Counted from the first letter of the stretch, positions 26,422 to 42,935 are shown. The stretch: 64,000 bases of DNA from Chlorokybus atmophyticus (GCA_009103225.1 RHPI01002533.1:1109842-1173841); one strand, 5' to 3'. Numbers and translations are program-made. The notes: generated from the sequence alone by a model not told the origin.

Positions 26422-28265
26422 TCACACTGTCTGCGCTGCTGGGACAGCGGACTGCAATGTTGAGTCCAGTTTATCTGCAATGGTTGACAACCAGGCCTGC
26501 ACCACATGCAAGAACACGGTGAGTTTGTGATTACTTAACAACTGACCGCGAGCTTGCCTTACTGCCTGCTGCTTCAACTACCTGATCAACCCGTGAAAAG
26601 CCGCGCGGCGTGTCGCTCGCAACCACCAGCAGGCCGTCCTCGCCCACGCAAGTGACTACCACAGCCTGCAAGTGGCATTGCGCTTGTCAACATCACATAC
26701 AACTACAGCAGCGTATACACGTACAGTGGGGGTGACAGCAAAGCTATAAGTTCTACAACATGGGGCCTTTGCTACAGCACAGGCACCCAACATTGCCGCT
26801 TATATCAGACCTGTGTATTTTCGGGGAAGTATGCAAACTCGCGCTTTCCAGAGTACAGCGAAAGGTTGGGGAGATAGTTGCCGGCGCCAGTCTCGAGGGC
26901 GCGGCGGCAGATGGCGCCCGATAGGCTCCCCCATTGCGCAATTACCGGTTCGCGTTGACCATAATCCCACCCATCATCGTCTTCACCCGCAACGCCTGCC
27001 AGTCCCGCGTGCAGCAGCACCTGGCCCCTGTACGCCACCACCAACGAGGCTGCGCGGGAGGCCTGGGAGATGGCATGCCATGCCCACAACACCTGCGCGC
27101 ATACATGTGTGCAGTTAATATTATGTTGGACAGTTGGTGCATGTAGATATTGTGAAGTTTGCAAATGTGCGCACGGGTGTGGATGCACACGCACGCATGC
27201 CGTCTGCATGTGTCTGCATGTGCATGCGCGCGAGCGCATGCCTGCGTGCGCAGGTGCAGGTGCGCATGCACGCACACATGCGCGCGCGCACATGCAGCTG
27301 CGATAGAGCTACATGTGTTGTAGCATGCATTGATGGAGAGCACTCTGACACCTGGACCATGCCCACCTCTTGTTGGGCAGCCGGCGTCAAGTCCGGTGCA
27401 ATGTACCGCACGGGCACGCCTGTCAGCTGGACGGGCACAGGCGTGCGCGGCCGCACAGATATCCATGACAGCCCCGTCAGCACCTGCACATAGATTGTTC
27501 AATGCTAGCTGTTGTGTTGTAATGCCTGTAACGTGCATTCCACTTGCCAGTGTGGCCGCCGCAGCGAGGGTAAGCACGTCTGCTCGAGACTGCGCTGTGG
27601 ATGCATCTGAGGCCAGAGCCAGACCCTGCCAACAGAACAAGAATCTGTTCAAAGAAACGATTGTGTGTGAAGTAGTTTGCGCAGGTGTCAGCAAATGCCA
27701 GCTGCAGAACTCCATCCTCAGTGTCCATGCGCCAGCATGCATGCAACGCAGATACTAAGCTACTGCGAGTTGACTGGGCTTCAAAGACGTCAACGGATGT
27801 AAGCAAACACGCTTGCATCATTAGCATTAGCAAAGTGCTTTAGTGCATGCGCCTACTCGCTTGCATATTTGTCTTGGCAGGCAACATGCTCGCCAGCCAA
27901 TGCACGCTGTAATGATGTACTGTCATAGGCGGCTCGTCGCTGCACGATGACGTCAACAGCGACGACCACACCAACAATTCCCTGTCTACCTGCAGCAGCC
28001 TGTTGGCGACGACGGTGGCGCCGCCCACGACGCCAACTCCCACAGGCACCGACCGCACCCACCCCTGCGCCGCCCAATCTCCGCCCTGCTGCTGCTGTTG
28101 CTGCTGCTGGGCCCTGGCTCCCACCGCCGCCGCCCTCCTGGGCCTGCTCCTTCTCCTGGTGGTGCACGGTGTTGCCGCCGCCGGCGAAGTGGCTCGCCGC
28201 ACGATTGCTGCACTCCCCCTGAGCGCGGGGGCGGGAGCGGCGGCGGCGGCGGCGTGCATGTACAT
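26422..28265 (-). CDS. CCB4: Cytochrome b6 heme c(i) maturation factor CCB4 (CCB2/CCB4 family), multi-exon
   Basis: VVANRLL / DASTAQSRADVLTL / LTGLSWISVRP / LWAWHAI / NYLPNLSLYSGKREFAYFPENTQ / AVVV..GEDGLLVVASDTPRGFSRVDQ / AWLSTIADKLDSTL, collinear with plant CCB4 as recalled. Confidence 0.88.
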
Positions 28266-28516
28266 CGCCGCTAGCGACGACAACGACAACAGCAACAACG
28301 CTGGTATCCACCACACCAACAACAATGTCGACAAGAAGCAGCTACAAGTTGTAGCCTACGACTACGCCTTGTATGCAGTGCAGTGCAATGCACACTATGC
28401 ACACTGTCCTCGACATCGTCTTTGTCGTGTCGTCATTGTCTGACTATGTCATGACGAGTCGTCATACATGTTGTCATCGTGAGCGGGCTGTGGTTCCGGC
28501 ACCATGTCAACGACAC

Positions 28517-28597
28517 TGATGGTGACAATGATGTCATCATTGTCACCATCACTGATGGGCGGCCTACTGTGTAGGCCCTATGCTGCACAGTAGGCCG
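28517..28597. repeat. Cluster of perfect inverted repeats (hairpins)
   Basis: 17-bp perfect stem with 1-nt loop at 28517-28551. GGCCTAC/GTAGGCC stem at 28561-28577. Alternative 12-bp stem pairing 28560-28571 with 28586-28597. Confidence 0.9.
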
Positions 28598-28814
28598 TGT
28601 CGAGGCCGCCGCTTCCTTTGCCGCGGCCTACACGTATTCCTTTATGCCGCAACGTGTTCCCGCCCGCCCAGTAAGGAAAAATATGACATATCTGCGAGGA
28701 ATATGTGATGTACGGTGCAAATGGGGCGTGTGTGGTATCATGTTAACATTTTATTCCATGTGAACATTATACATGTGAGAAAATATTGAACAAGACGAAG
28801 ACATTGTAGCAAAG

Positions 28815-28880
28815 TATATATATACATACCATGCTATATACATATATATATACACATATATATATGCATACATATATAGC
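28815..28880. repeat. (TA)n/(TACA)n microsatellite
   Basis: Direct reading of the sequence; a similar tract lies at ~45555-45650. Confidence 0.85.
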
Positions 28881-31800
28881 ATGGTATGGTATCACGACAT
28901 GGCCGAAAACATTTTAATTGTGTTAAAACAATGTGTGTAATTGATATTTTTTACATGTACAGCTGTTGGTGAGCTTCGTCAGTCTTAACAGCATTCGCAA
29001 ATTGCACCCTGAAGCATGCACCTTTCGCCAAAGCCCCAAAGGTTGCACCTTCAACACTGAATGTCGCTATTGCCGTATACCAAGACCATCAAGATGTACA
29101 TGTATGCGATTGTGCACATGCGCAGGCGGGGGGGCAAATTCTTCCTTCTCTAGGCCGAAACATTGCTAGTATTTGCAAGGCCACATCGTCACTGTTAAAA
29201 CTTAACATTTTTATTACACATAAGATGCCATGTCGCTGTTAAAAGCGCCATGAGCTCCACGTTGCGTAATGCCATCGCACATGGCTGCAGAGAAGGGTAC
29301 GTTGCTGCGAAGATACAAGTGTGTGATGTGCAATGACCAAATCGTTCGCTTGCATACATCTCTCGTGTTTGCGTGTGTCCGTAACAAAGTGTTGTATCTG
29401 ACATTGGAAGACAGAGTGGCATCCACGATGTAACATGAGGCCTCACGGACTTGACGAAAAAACGCACGGGTTCTTGGTGAAGTCTTTAAGTTTTAAGGCT
29501 CATTGGTACCCACTTCGTGACACACGAACGGAATGATAAGCAATGATTGGTTTATATGAAATCCATTGCGCATGCAAGTACTCAAAAGCATGATGCATAT
29601 AAAATCTTAATGTACATGAACTTAAATGCACTTAAGCAAAGCCAGCATGCAGCACAAAGGGATCAAACTTGCGGTTAGCAGATCGGTTGCTTAACTGCGG
29701 TTCCACTTCAACAATTACCATCTTACGAAATACACATACGATCGCACGTTGGTCTTGTATGACCGTTCAGCAATTATCAACTACACCAACAAACACAACG
29801 CCAAAGTTTCTTATGCCATCGTTGTGCTGTTTAACACTTTTCGCTCTTGCTCCACCCGTTGTGATGCGTGTTGAGCTCCCCGCAATAATGTCTGCAATCT
29901 TTGCTCTGAACAGGCCTCGCACAGGATCGGCTAGCAACTGTTGATTGCAATAACAAACTTGATGCTAAGAATCTTGACGCCACCATTACGCTCGTCCAAA
30001 GCTTCCCGCTGTTGAAAAGGATGATAGGCGCATAAAATATGCTGCGTCTATCATGCTGCGTGCCGAGCTTCCCGCAATGATGTCCGCGGTATATGTTTGA
30101 AACAGTCTGCCGGCGTTGAGTGTGCAACGGTGTAAAAGCAATCGACAAATTATGCGTATCCATCATCGAGTCGAGGGTCCTTGATGTGACATCTGTCATG
30201 TGCAAGTTGCGTTTGAGCGCACATGCATGTGCGCGTGCATGCACACGCACATATGTAAGGACGTGCGTGTGTAGGCGGGTTTACGAATGTGCTCGCTTAT
30301 GTATAACATCATCGTAAAGTAATTACATAGTCAGCACAAGTGTAGAAGCTCCCTTTCATAGTTTTAAGCTTGCGCACACACTTCACCTTCGCACATTTGC
30401 GCACCTGTATGCGCTTGCACGCAAGCAATGTTGACTTTATTATATATTCAAGTATTATGAAGTTAACCATCTCATGCAGTATTTTTGGGGGAATCGACAA
30501 CGTAATTTTCAATCAACAATTTTGCCTTGCACACTATGGCAAGTAAGCTCCTCGTCGTTGCTCATTGTGAGTACAGCACCATGCATGTACAGTTCTTAGA
30601 CCATAAGCTCACTATCATACATGACAAATTAGTGTACCAATATGCGGGAATGCGTGTACAATATTCCCAAGCAATTCGACGATCCATTGTCAAATACTCT
30701 ATCACAATTGCCATGCCGTGATGATCACACCATAACAATGCATATCTCGGCTGTTGACCATGTTTGATGACGCTGTAAGTACAGCGTGTAATCAGTTAGC
30801 GTTAAATGGTAGAGTGGATCAGTTAGAACGAGGGTGGGTAGTGGCGGCATGTCTTTGGGGTGTAGGGCCTGCCCCGACCTCGTACCGCCAAAAACGCGGC
30901 CTTTTTAACCACTAACTGTGCTGCAATTGCACCGAATCGCTAGCGATTATGGGTCGCCGCTGGCAAGCAGTTGCCGCCAAGATTGTTTTCAGCATCTTTT
31001 ATGCAACTCTGCAATGATTGGCCAATTCGCTGCCTTTTTCAGCAACGGCTGTTGTCACCGTTGCGATCCCATTTGATCAAATTTACGCGTGACCAAATGA
31101 TGGCCTAACGATGCAATTTTTCGCTTAGTGTATCTTATTGTTAAGGTAATTCGGGTTAGCATTATTTTGGCAACCTTGGCATTATGTACTGGATATCTTA
31201 GCACGTACCGTGGCGTCAACGTTACATTGAATACCGAGGTTTGTAACACTTAACTGCAGGTTGCTATCCATACTGCACAATTTTGCACCATTTTTGACCA
31301 TTAGGTCATGTTAGAATTCGTCCATTACACTCAATCAGCGTAATTTCGATTCAGTACAACACCCTCTTTCGAATAGAGTGCCCTGTGTTGGAAGGGGGGC
31401 ATTGTGAACGGGTGAATACGGTATGCATGATTTACCGCCATAAGTGTCCATGTGCACACCGTTTGTGCTCGTATTGTGTTTTATAATCAAATATGAGCAA
31501 TATTGTTTTGTTGGGATGTGCTCTGGACGGCCGAGATGTAAACGATGTAGATCCAACGGCTTGAAATTGGTAGTCACCGCCCAGCCAATGAGCGGCAGGC
31601 GGGACGCATACAGCCGCGCAGCCCGCCAGTCGCGGGTGCTTAGGTGTGATGGGCCAGTGTGATGGCCCGTCGTGTGGAGATACGTGGGCAGGCAGGCCGG
31701 CCGGCCTGACCAAACAGCCGCACCACTAGAACTTGAGTACAATCATAAAAATTCTATGGGATTATCCAGATTGACTCTGTCAGTCTGCTTTATCGCTTAA

Positions 31801-31995
31801 AATGTTACATAGCGTCACTTGTACTACACAAGGCACTTCGTAAGAGGTCTGTATGATGTCCTCACATGCGTCATGATTCTCGCGGATAGCCGTTGCCGAA
31901 AACCAAGTCGCCAGGCACGATCTGCGCATGTTCACTGGTGAATTGATGCCAGCAGACTGCTCCACGTAACTGACTTACACGCCGCCAGGACCGGA

Positions 31996-32107
31996 CACTG
32001 TTCAGTGAACAGTGACGCCAGTGAACAGTGTTGTGCACGCCAGAACACTTGTGTGCCCTTGCTTTGCTACGAATGCCAGTAGCCTACTGCCAGTAGGCTA
32101 CTGGCAT
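31996..32107. repeat. Perfect hairpins upstream of squalene epoxidase
   Basis: 9-bp stem at 31996-32014. 16-bp perfect stem with 3-nt loop at 32073-32107 (ATGCCAGTAGCCTACT-GCC-AGTAGGCTACTGGCAT). Confidence 0.9.
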
Positions 32108-32231
32108 AAGCTACTACCTACGCCTAAGCGCTGAAGTCCGATCAATCTCCCGCCACATTGTCTGTGCGTTGTCAACCGCAACGTGGCTACTAGTGGTAGT
32201 TGTTGCCGCCGCCGCCGCCGCCGCTACATAG

Positions 32232-34866
<2,635 letters not shown>

Positions 34867-35740
34867 CTTTAACGCACCAACCTTGAATAGCTGCGATTTG
34901 GGGGAAAGAGCTGTACAGTTCAGTACATACTCAACTGGATTCTTGGGTTGCCTATTTATTGCAGCTTCTGCATGGTGTTGAGCCCTTGATGTGTTATTGT
35001 TGCAGTCACTTGTGGCCACGCGCTGCATTTCTGTGCTTGTTTCTCTGCATTGGTGCAACACTGATTAGCATGCAGTGCGCGCATGCCGCAAAGTACTTGT
35101 GCAAAGGCGATAGCGGCTGACTGTAGCAACAACAGCTGCAAGACTGAGGCAAAACCAAGGCACGAGGCTGACTCTCTATGCATTACCTACTCGCCCTGCT
35201 TGTTGTACAGTGGATGCACATCATACGTGTCCGGCCCACAGGAATTGACTGTCCTTTGGTGATCAGGAAATGGTTGTATTGCGGCGAGGTTGTAGCGGCG
35301 TGCATGGGTTAGGAATGCCCTGACTTGGTACATAGTCGTTCAACTGTTTGCGGAAGCTGTGCATGCTGGCCTTGGTGAATAAGACATGCGTTCCGCAAGT
35401 TAGCACTTAGCATCTACGATTTCCTGTACAATGACAAGCGCAGATCAAGCGGGGCTGCATGTCCGAACGCAAACCCTTATTGCAAGACCTGAACAAGTTT
35501 TGTGACACCCATGTAGTTGCACGAGTGTCCAAACAGCAGCTCAAACATGACATTCACGGGAGCTGTAGACTCCGCACGCAGCAATGGTTGCTACAACGAT
35601 GTCAACCCTGCATACACGCCGTAGTAGAAGTCATGACAAACATTTTCTTTGGCTGTGCCCAATCACTGTCATAACAGCAGACAGCTGACATTGCAAAAGG
35701 CATGCTAATTCACATGAAAGCCACTTCCTGTCCAGTAGTG

Positions 35741-38700
35741 CTACGCCCTGTTTGCAACCACCTTGCGAGCTTGCTCCAGCGACATGCGGAGAATGCCATG
35801 CTTCCGCAACTCATCTGTAGTACTTGCATCTGCTAACTCAGCAACCGCAGCCACTGGCAATTGCAGGATAGTGCAGGCATCCCGGAGCATTGGGAAGAAG
35901 GCTTGTGGTCGCGAGCAATACGGACTGAGTACAGAAAACACCGCAGACATGTCTAGCTCCAGCTGCTCTGCGCCCAAGAGTGAGAAAGTGGCTTTTAGCA
36001 CCAAGCCTTCGAAAATGGATGCATCCACCAACTCTGCAACCCTGCACATACACCCGAATTTGGAATGCGTGAACTGTGGGGCGTGGCATTGCTGCAAGTG
36101 CTTGGTTTGTACAGGAAGTACTGTGGGTACTCTAGGTACTGTATGGTGGTGGATACTGCCGTACCTGCGCCAAAGCTGCGTGAACAGCTCCTCATCAAGG
36201 GACTCAGCGAGGGCACCCAACTGCTGTTGCAAAACTTCCAACGCTTCGAACAATTCCGTTGTCATGTTGATTGGTTTCGCTGCATCTTCTGAAGGCACAC
36301 TCCACCTACTTTTCTTGCGGCGATAGCCACTTGAACGAGCGTCAAACCCTCGGACCATCGCTGCTGCAAGCTTGCCAGACCATTCCTCTTGAAACTGCAA
36401 GCGCAATGCTTGCTTTGGCAAATTATCCAGTTACCAGTCTCACAATGACCATGTCACCAAGACAACTGCAACCTCAAGGTGCACAGGTGTACCTCCGTCA
36501 AGAACTCCGTGTCCTTTCCAAACAGCGACGAAACTGCATCACTGTTGGCGCTGGTAGTTACTTGCTGAAGGTGGTGTTGCAGGCTTGCGCAAAACACCTG
36601 CTCGCTCCAATCGGACAAAAAGTGCTGAATGTAGTGTGCAGCATTTATGCACATAGCAACTGATATCAGGCTGCTAGTATCAGAGAGAGCGGTCCTTGCT
36701 TCCTCTTCATTACAGCGGTAGCCAAGTCGTTCAATGAATGAAGACAGGAGTGGCTGCGTTGTGGATTGAACAAACCTACAAAACAAAAACATCAGCGGCT
36801 GGCATGATGGCTGAATGAACGTGTGCAGATATGGCATGTACTTGCTGTGTGAGGTCACAGCCTTACTGCAGGCGTGAAGATGCTGAAGGCACGGCAGCAC
36901 ATCGCTCGGCGATTGATCTGAGAAGCTGCGTTACTTGTTCTGCGCAGCGCGGTGGCTTGTACTCGACCCAAGCTACATCATCAAAGGCATCACTGTCTGA
37001 CTTTGCAAGCGGTTGCCAAGCAGAACTGTCCACCATTATCTCCATGACTTGACTCTTAGCTGCCTCCCATTCGAACTTGCACCATGCTTGCAGGTGCGGT
37101 TCCTCAGCAAAAACTCTGCAATAGGGTAGGTTGCAGTGTAAGTCTCTAATTCTTGTAGGGACTGATGAGCGATATGTGTTGCACTTCAAAGCAGTTGAGT
37201 AAACTAGACTGGACAGCTCAGTCAACCCAAACGATGAGCAAAAAGCATGGTTATGACGCAGCGAGAGATTGTACACGACCATGTTGAGAATTTTGGGTTA
37301 CTTGGTACACAATTGAAGGATACTCATGCATGGGCACACGCTGGCATAAACACCAAAGGGGTAATCGCGCACACAATGCCAGCAGCGGACTTGTCCACTG
37401 ACAAGCGCTTCCCTGGTTGCAAGCATAATGTCCATCAGGTCAAGGCCACACGTATCTGCAGTACCTGATTGCAGAACCAAGGCTGGTACTGGCACCAGCT
37501 GTCAATCCGGCATGTGCTGTGCTGCTTAGAATGTTGTCAAAATCAAGCGCTTCATCCACAGCATGAAGCCACGCCGCGCGACCTTTGTCCGCAAGAGTTG
37601 GTAGCATTTCGGAACGAAGGTGATCACCAATGATGCTGCCCATTGCATTGACAAAGTCCATTCGAACGCTTGGTATAGGAGCCTGCCACGACCAACCCAT
37701 CCATCAGCACAAATGATGTGAGTTACAGGGCCAAGTTCAGCGTGTCTGAACTTGACATACCTTCAGTTCAGCTAGCAGCGGTTGTAATGCACGCTCCAAA
37801 GAAGCTGCGTTCTGCTTTGCGGTTTTCAATGCAAGCGCATACAACAGCTCTGGTCGTCCTGCCCACTTTTTGAAGTGGTAATGCAGTCGTGGCACCAATG
37901 CAGCTACCAATTCGGCTACGCCCCAGAGTGTACCATCTGCTCCGGACACAACCTGCAGTGTCGAAAGCGCCTGCACGAACGGAGTGTAAGACTACAGTGT
38001 GTCCCATGTCCAGTTGAACAGTGTTGTGCATAACAGTTCACTACTACAGCAAACGCACTGTGGCCTAGTCGTACTGCAAACATTGCAGCTACCAAGTAGA
38101 TGATCATGCGCATTGGCAGAAACGCTGCTGTGGATGCCGACCTGAAAACAAGCTTGCAACCCTTCACCAGAGGGACCCTCAATGGAGTGTGCAGCGGAAG
38201 CGCCAGCTTCTCCCAGGTCTGGTGGCCATCCTACCGTGCTTAGCAAACCTCTAAACTCTGACAACAAAGACTTTTTCAACACTTGTAGCAGTCGCTGTAG
38301 CTGTGCTTGCAGCGCTATGCGCATCCGCGGCCAAGATGCATGCTGTGTATGCTCGACCAGTTCAGCATAAGCCTATACACGAACACCGTATGATTAGTGC
38401 AAGTCATGCAGGTCCAAGTCTCAATCAACTTGTCTGAGCACGCAACCATTGCAATATGATGTGACTGCAGCAATCGGCGACGTGTGATTGGATGGTGCAC
38501 TCTGACCTGCACGGATGCACCAAGGTCGCTGCCAAAATTGGCTTCTATGGCGTGAATCAGAGACTCGGCATGAAGAGCACTGTCTACGTATATACGGGCT
38601 CCATCAACAGCTGCTGTCTCGTTTGCCAGGGTTGTCAGCCTGTTGCTGCTAGTTGTTGTACGCGCCAGTGCAATCTCATCCTGCAACAGCGAATGCAGAG

Positions 38701-39637
38701 TGTTAGTGGGAATCGCAAGTAGACGCGTGTGTGGTTGTTGATGCGAAATGAGCCAGTGCAGCTATGCGGCCCAACTCATGAGCACCACACAGACTGCAAA
38801 GTGTGAGGGTCGCACTTATGCACTGGTGTCGCGTAAAATTAAGCTTTGACAGCTGACAGCTGACAGGCGATCGTACTGAGGCATGCACTAGCCTCACAGC
38901 ACAAAGGCCGGATGCAGTGGCTAGGTTTCGTCACATGTTTATCGTGCAAGGACAGCATGCAAACTTACATGGGCGTTTTTGCAGGATTGTGCCAGACGCT
39001 CTGCAGCAGTCATCGCTGCAGCGGCTCCCTTTTCTGCATTCTGAGCAGCTTCAAGCAAACGCTGCCGAACCTGCAAACATGCTTGCCAACCAATGAACAG
39101 TGCATGTTTGCATGCGCATACCTACACAGCAACTTCAGTGGTACATTTTCCAAGCATCAACATACCAGTATGCAGCACCTCTCACCCTGATGGCTGATAT
39201 ACATTCACGTATGCATGCACTACAACCGGGCGCTTCTGCTCGTTCATGTGCAAACCTAGTAACTCGACTCATGACACCGGTGACGAGCTGTGACAATGAC
39301 TCTCACCAGATCAAGCAGGCAGTGCAACGCTCAACCTGCTAGACTTGGCAACCACAATGTGCGGGGGCATGGCCGCTTGAGCTGCCACTAACTGACAATG
39401 CGATTACAACTAAGAGCTCATTGTATTAACTATACAGTGCACAATGCAAGTGAGACTAACGAGGGAAATCCGAATTGCACGCAGAGCCCCGCAGGTGTGT
39501 ATGCGTCTCACCTCCCGCTGTTGCAGCAGCAGATCCGCTTTCTCCAGCCGCAAACGGTCAACCAAAGCAGAAGCCTGGTCTAGGTCGCCAGTCGACGAGA
39601 TGTGGCCGTCCAGCCACGATGCCGCCGCCTCCAACAT
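35741..39637 (-). CDS. RINT1: RINT1/TIP20 (MAG2-like) ER-tethering factor, many exons
   Basis: AVSGNRK.RVWL-type central exons, LVAALVPRLHYHF, RPELLYALALK, and a C-terminus FSLLGAEQLELDMSAVFSVLSPYCSRPQAFFPMLRDAC typical of the RINT1/TIP20 family. Start MLEAAASW at 39637. Internal exon boundaries are not all resolved. Confidence 0.8.
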
Positions 39638-40019
39638 CGCCGCCCACCGGAGCGGCAGCCCAAACTACTACTTCAGCTTGATCCTATCCACTCTTGACTC
39701 TGTTCTCCGTCAGTCTGACCAAGAATTCCGCTAGCTAACTGTTGTCAAGCGCCGGCTGCAAGCCTTCTAACCGCGGATGATGGGGCGGACGGGTTGCGCG
39801 ACCCCGTTAGTTTAACTGCTTGGCTTGGTCGTCCTACACCGAAAAGGCCGTTCTTAACACCATGGTGATGGACAACTTTGGGGGTTTGGGGTTGAGGTGG
39901 TCGGCGGCGGCGGGAAGGAGGAGGAGGAGGTGACGGCGGCAAGTGCAACAGCAGCGACAACAAGTAAGACTCTAGGGTCATTGATGCAGCCACGAAGTAT
40001 GGCCATGCTGGGTAGTTAG

Positions 40020-42935
40020 GGTTGATAGACGATAGCGGCCCAGCGGCCTTCGCAAGCTTGGCGGACTGACACCACCTCAGAGGCGGCTCCGGCGTTGACA
40101 TTCGCGGGTCGCTTGCAACGGACTTGCACCAGTACCTACGCGCAGGTCCTGCGCACGGACGCCAGCAATGTCGCGGCGCCTGTCTCGCTGGTAAGTGGGC
40201 TGGGGCGGGCGCCCGCTGCTCGCCGACCCCCCTCTGCAACGGACTTGCCCCCTCTGCGCTGGGTACATCGCCGCGGCCGCACCGCACTGCATGCTTCTGC
40301 ACGCGCTGCTACACCCCCTCCTCGCCCTCGGCCTCTTGATCACCGACAGCCCCTGGCCACTCACAACCCCTTCCTACCCCTTTATCCATCCTCCTACCAC
40401 CTGCTCTCCCCGCTCTACCACCTGCTCCCTTTGTCCCCGTGCTGGCTCCACCTCTCCCCTCTGCCCCTGTTCCTCCCTTCCCCTCTCCACCCTTGTCACT
40501 GCCCGCTTCCCCACTGCCTACCACTGCACCACCTCTCCCCCTGCCTCTTTCAGTCCTGCTCCCACCCCTGCTCCCGCCCCTGCTCCCGCCCCCTTTAATT
40601 CTCCCCACCCCTCCCCTCTCCTCACCCTCACCGCTGGTCCCCACGACGGCCGATAGACTTTTCATTTTCAGGCACGCCCTCTCCCTGCGACCCCTCCACC
40701 CCGTCGTCGCCCTCATCGACAACAGCGCCCGCAGGCACCTCAGCTCACGCCTCCTCCTCCCCTACCCTCCTTTCCCCCACCGCCGCTGCTTGCTGGCTCA
40801 CCTCCTCCTCTACCCCCGCCTTCTGCCCCGTTCATATGCGTGGCCTGCGACAAAGTGTGCCTAGAACGGCCTAGAAAGACGCAGTGCTGACGTTGCCCCG
40901 CTCTATTGGCCTGCACGTGCCAGGGCGAGGGCGCGACGCAGATATGCGTCAGAGCGTGGCTGGCGTGGGCCTGACTGAAAATTGCTGCGCGCTGCTGCCA
41001 GCGCTGTCGCTCTCCCAACAGCGTCAACCAGTCACCCTCGAGGAAGTGACCACACCGCCCTGTACTAACGATGTCGCCGAGGCCGTGTTGTCTGCCGGTG
41101 GCGGCGCCAGCAGGAGGCGTGGCATGAGCAGAAAAAGATGCCAGCCAATGCGGTCACCGGGTGCCGTCGTCAGCCGTGTGAGTGCTAGCTCTAGGCACCG
41201 CCGTACATCACTGCGTGCCTCGCACGGCACACGAGACGTGGGGCAAATGCTGTCAGACAGGAGGGCGACGGCGGCGTCGAAATCTCCGACCCACACCAAT
41301 GCCCCTTCCGTGGGGTCTGGACATGGCCCTGTGCGCCGCCTCCACCCACCGAACACACAGTTAGCGAGCTTCGCCGCCTCCACCCTGAACCTATGCGTGA
41401 CATGCCCGAATGAGCAACATCCTTTGAGCCATCACACAAGCCTGAACTCGATATCGAGGAATTCACACAAGCGCTAGCCACGGCGCGAAGACTATCGACC
41501 CCGGTACCCTCAGGCTGGACTTATGACCACCTGATCTCACTATGTATTGACGGTTCGGGTCAGGCCACGTGTTTCAGGCTGCTGCTGGCTGCTTGTACCC
41601 TACTCGCTACCGGCCGTTTGCCGACCTTCGTCGCGCCTCTCCTCGCTACATGCAGCTTCGTCGACATAAGCAAGAAGGACGATCCAGATCCAGTTGCTGC
41701 GGGCGTGCGCCCCATCGCCATGGGCGTAGTCCTGCATCGCCTCACTGCTTGAGCGCTCTCCTCGCAGGATCAGGACGGGATGGTGACACCTCACGGCCCC
41801 TGGCAGCTAGGAGCTGGAGTGCATTCCGCCGCAGAAACGATCGGACACGGTGTGCGCGCGTGGCTCGAGTATCACAGGAATCACGTTGCCCTGCCTTTGA
41901 ACATCGCAAACGCCTTCAATTTTCTTGATAGGGTCACCGTTTTTGAGGAGCAACGCGACTCCCCCTTTTCCCACTACATCCCCTTCATTCACCAATTCTA
42001 CGGCGCGCCATCCGCCCTGTTGTACCGTGCCGGCGATGTCATATTACGGTGAAGTCGGCCACGGGCGTGAGACAGGGGGACTTTGTAGCAGGTTTTTTAT
42101 ATGCCTTGGGTTACACTCGTGCTATGACAGAGGCGCTGCAATTCTGGCCCATTGTTCGCGCCCCATAGTACCATAATGACCCACACGTGTTGGGCCCCCC
42201 GCGTTTGATCACAGCAACAGTGTCGGCACTCGAGCGGTCATTCGCACGGAGGGCACTTTGCATCCAACCACGGAAATGCGCGGCCTTCGGCTGGAGTGCC
42301 AACGAGCGGATCATCACGGAGCACTTTTCGTCAAAAGTCCGCGTCAGCGACGGCGGCATCGTCGTCCTCGGCGTGCCAATCGGCCCACTAAGGTCCCTAC
42401 TATAGGCCGTCACGGCGTCGGTCACTGAAACACTTGCTGTCGCCGACTCTTTGCTCGAGCTCGGCGACGTACAAGCCGCGCTGCGTCTGCTCCAATCCTG
42501 CGTGGCGACGCGCACGGGGTACTTACAGCGAACACTACTGCCGAATCGGTAATCCAGTACCAAACCCTGGATGCGAGTTTGGCGTCGCGGGCGCTGCGTT
42601 TTGCCGGAGCATCACACGCAGTCAACCCTGGCGCGCAAAGCGATTGGGGATCACCTTCGGACGCCCCGTCAACAGCTGTCCATGCTTACCGCGCCGCGGC
42701 GTTTGCACAAGTTTTTTCAGCCAATCACAGCTGGCGGCCTTGACATTTATTCGGCTCGAAGCAAAGCTATGCCAGCATTCGTGGGTGGATGGGCTGCAGC
42801 AGCGGCCCCAATCATGAAGCGTTTCGCCATCAACGACCCAGATTTCGCAGCAGCCCTGGAAGACATCAACGGCGGCGCCAACCCTTTTCAGATGATTCTC
42901 AAGGCCGCCGTACATCTCCTACGTCGCAAATTTTA
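40020..42935 (+). mobile_element. CRE-like (RLE-type) non-LTR retrotransposon, 5' part: N-terminal Zn-finger/Pro-rich region, an inverted internal segment (~40860-41325) and RT; decayed
   Basis: Plus strand: APPPPTEHTVSELRRLHP, PSGWTYDHL, GVRPIAMG..LHRL, QLGAG...AE, NIANAFNFLDR, GIVVLGVPIG, AGGLDI. Minus strand 40860-41325: GWHLFLLMPRLLLAPP, RCGHFLEGDWLTLL, LRRALALARAGQ*SGA, which are the motifs that normally precede the RT in CRE-clade ORFs. 5' boundary approximate. Confidence 0.8.

Noticed and set aside
30309-30512. F-box-like pattern (LSIPPKILHEMVNF...LLACKRI) on the minus strand within possibly decayed coding DNA at 29-30.7 kb
   Set aside because: No ATG, short and degenerate motif, no supporting downstream domain; could be chance.
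30855-31385. Possible hAT-type MITE (TAGGGC...GCCCTG)
   Set aside because: Terminal match is only ~5-6 bp and there is no 8-bp TSD.
40309-40864. Gly/Arg-rich and Pro-rich ORFs in the ORF track
   Set aside because: They are alternate-frame readings of the low-complexity Pro/Ser-rich N-terminal region of the CRE-like element, not separate genes.
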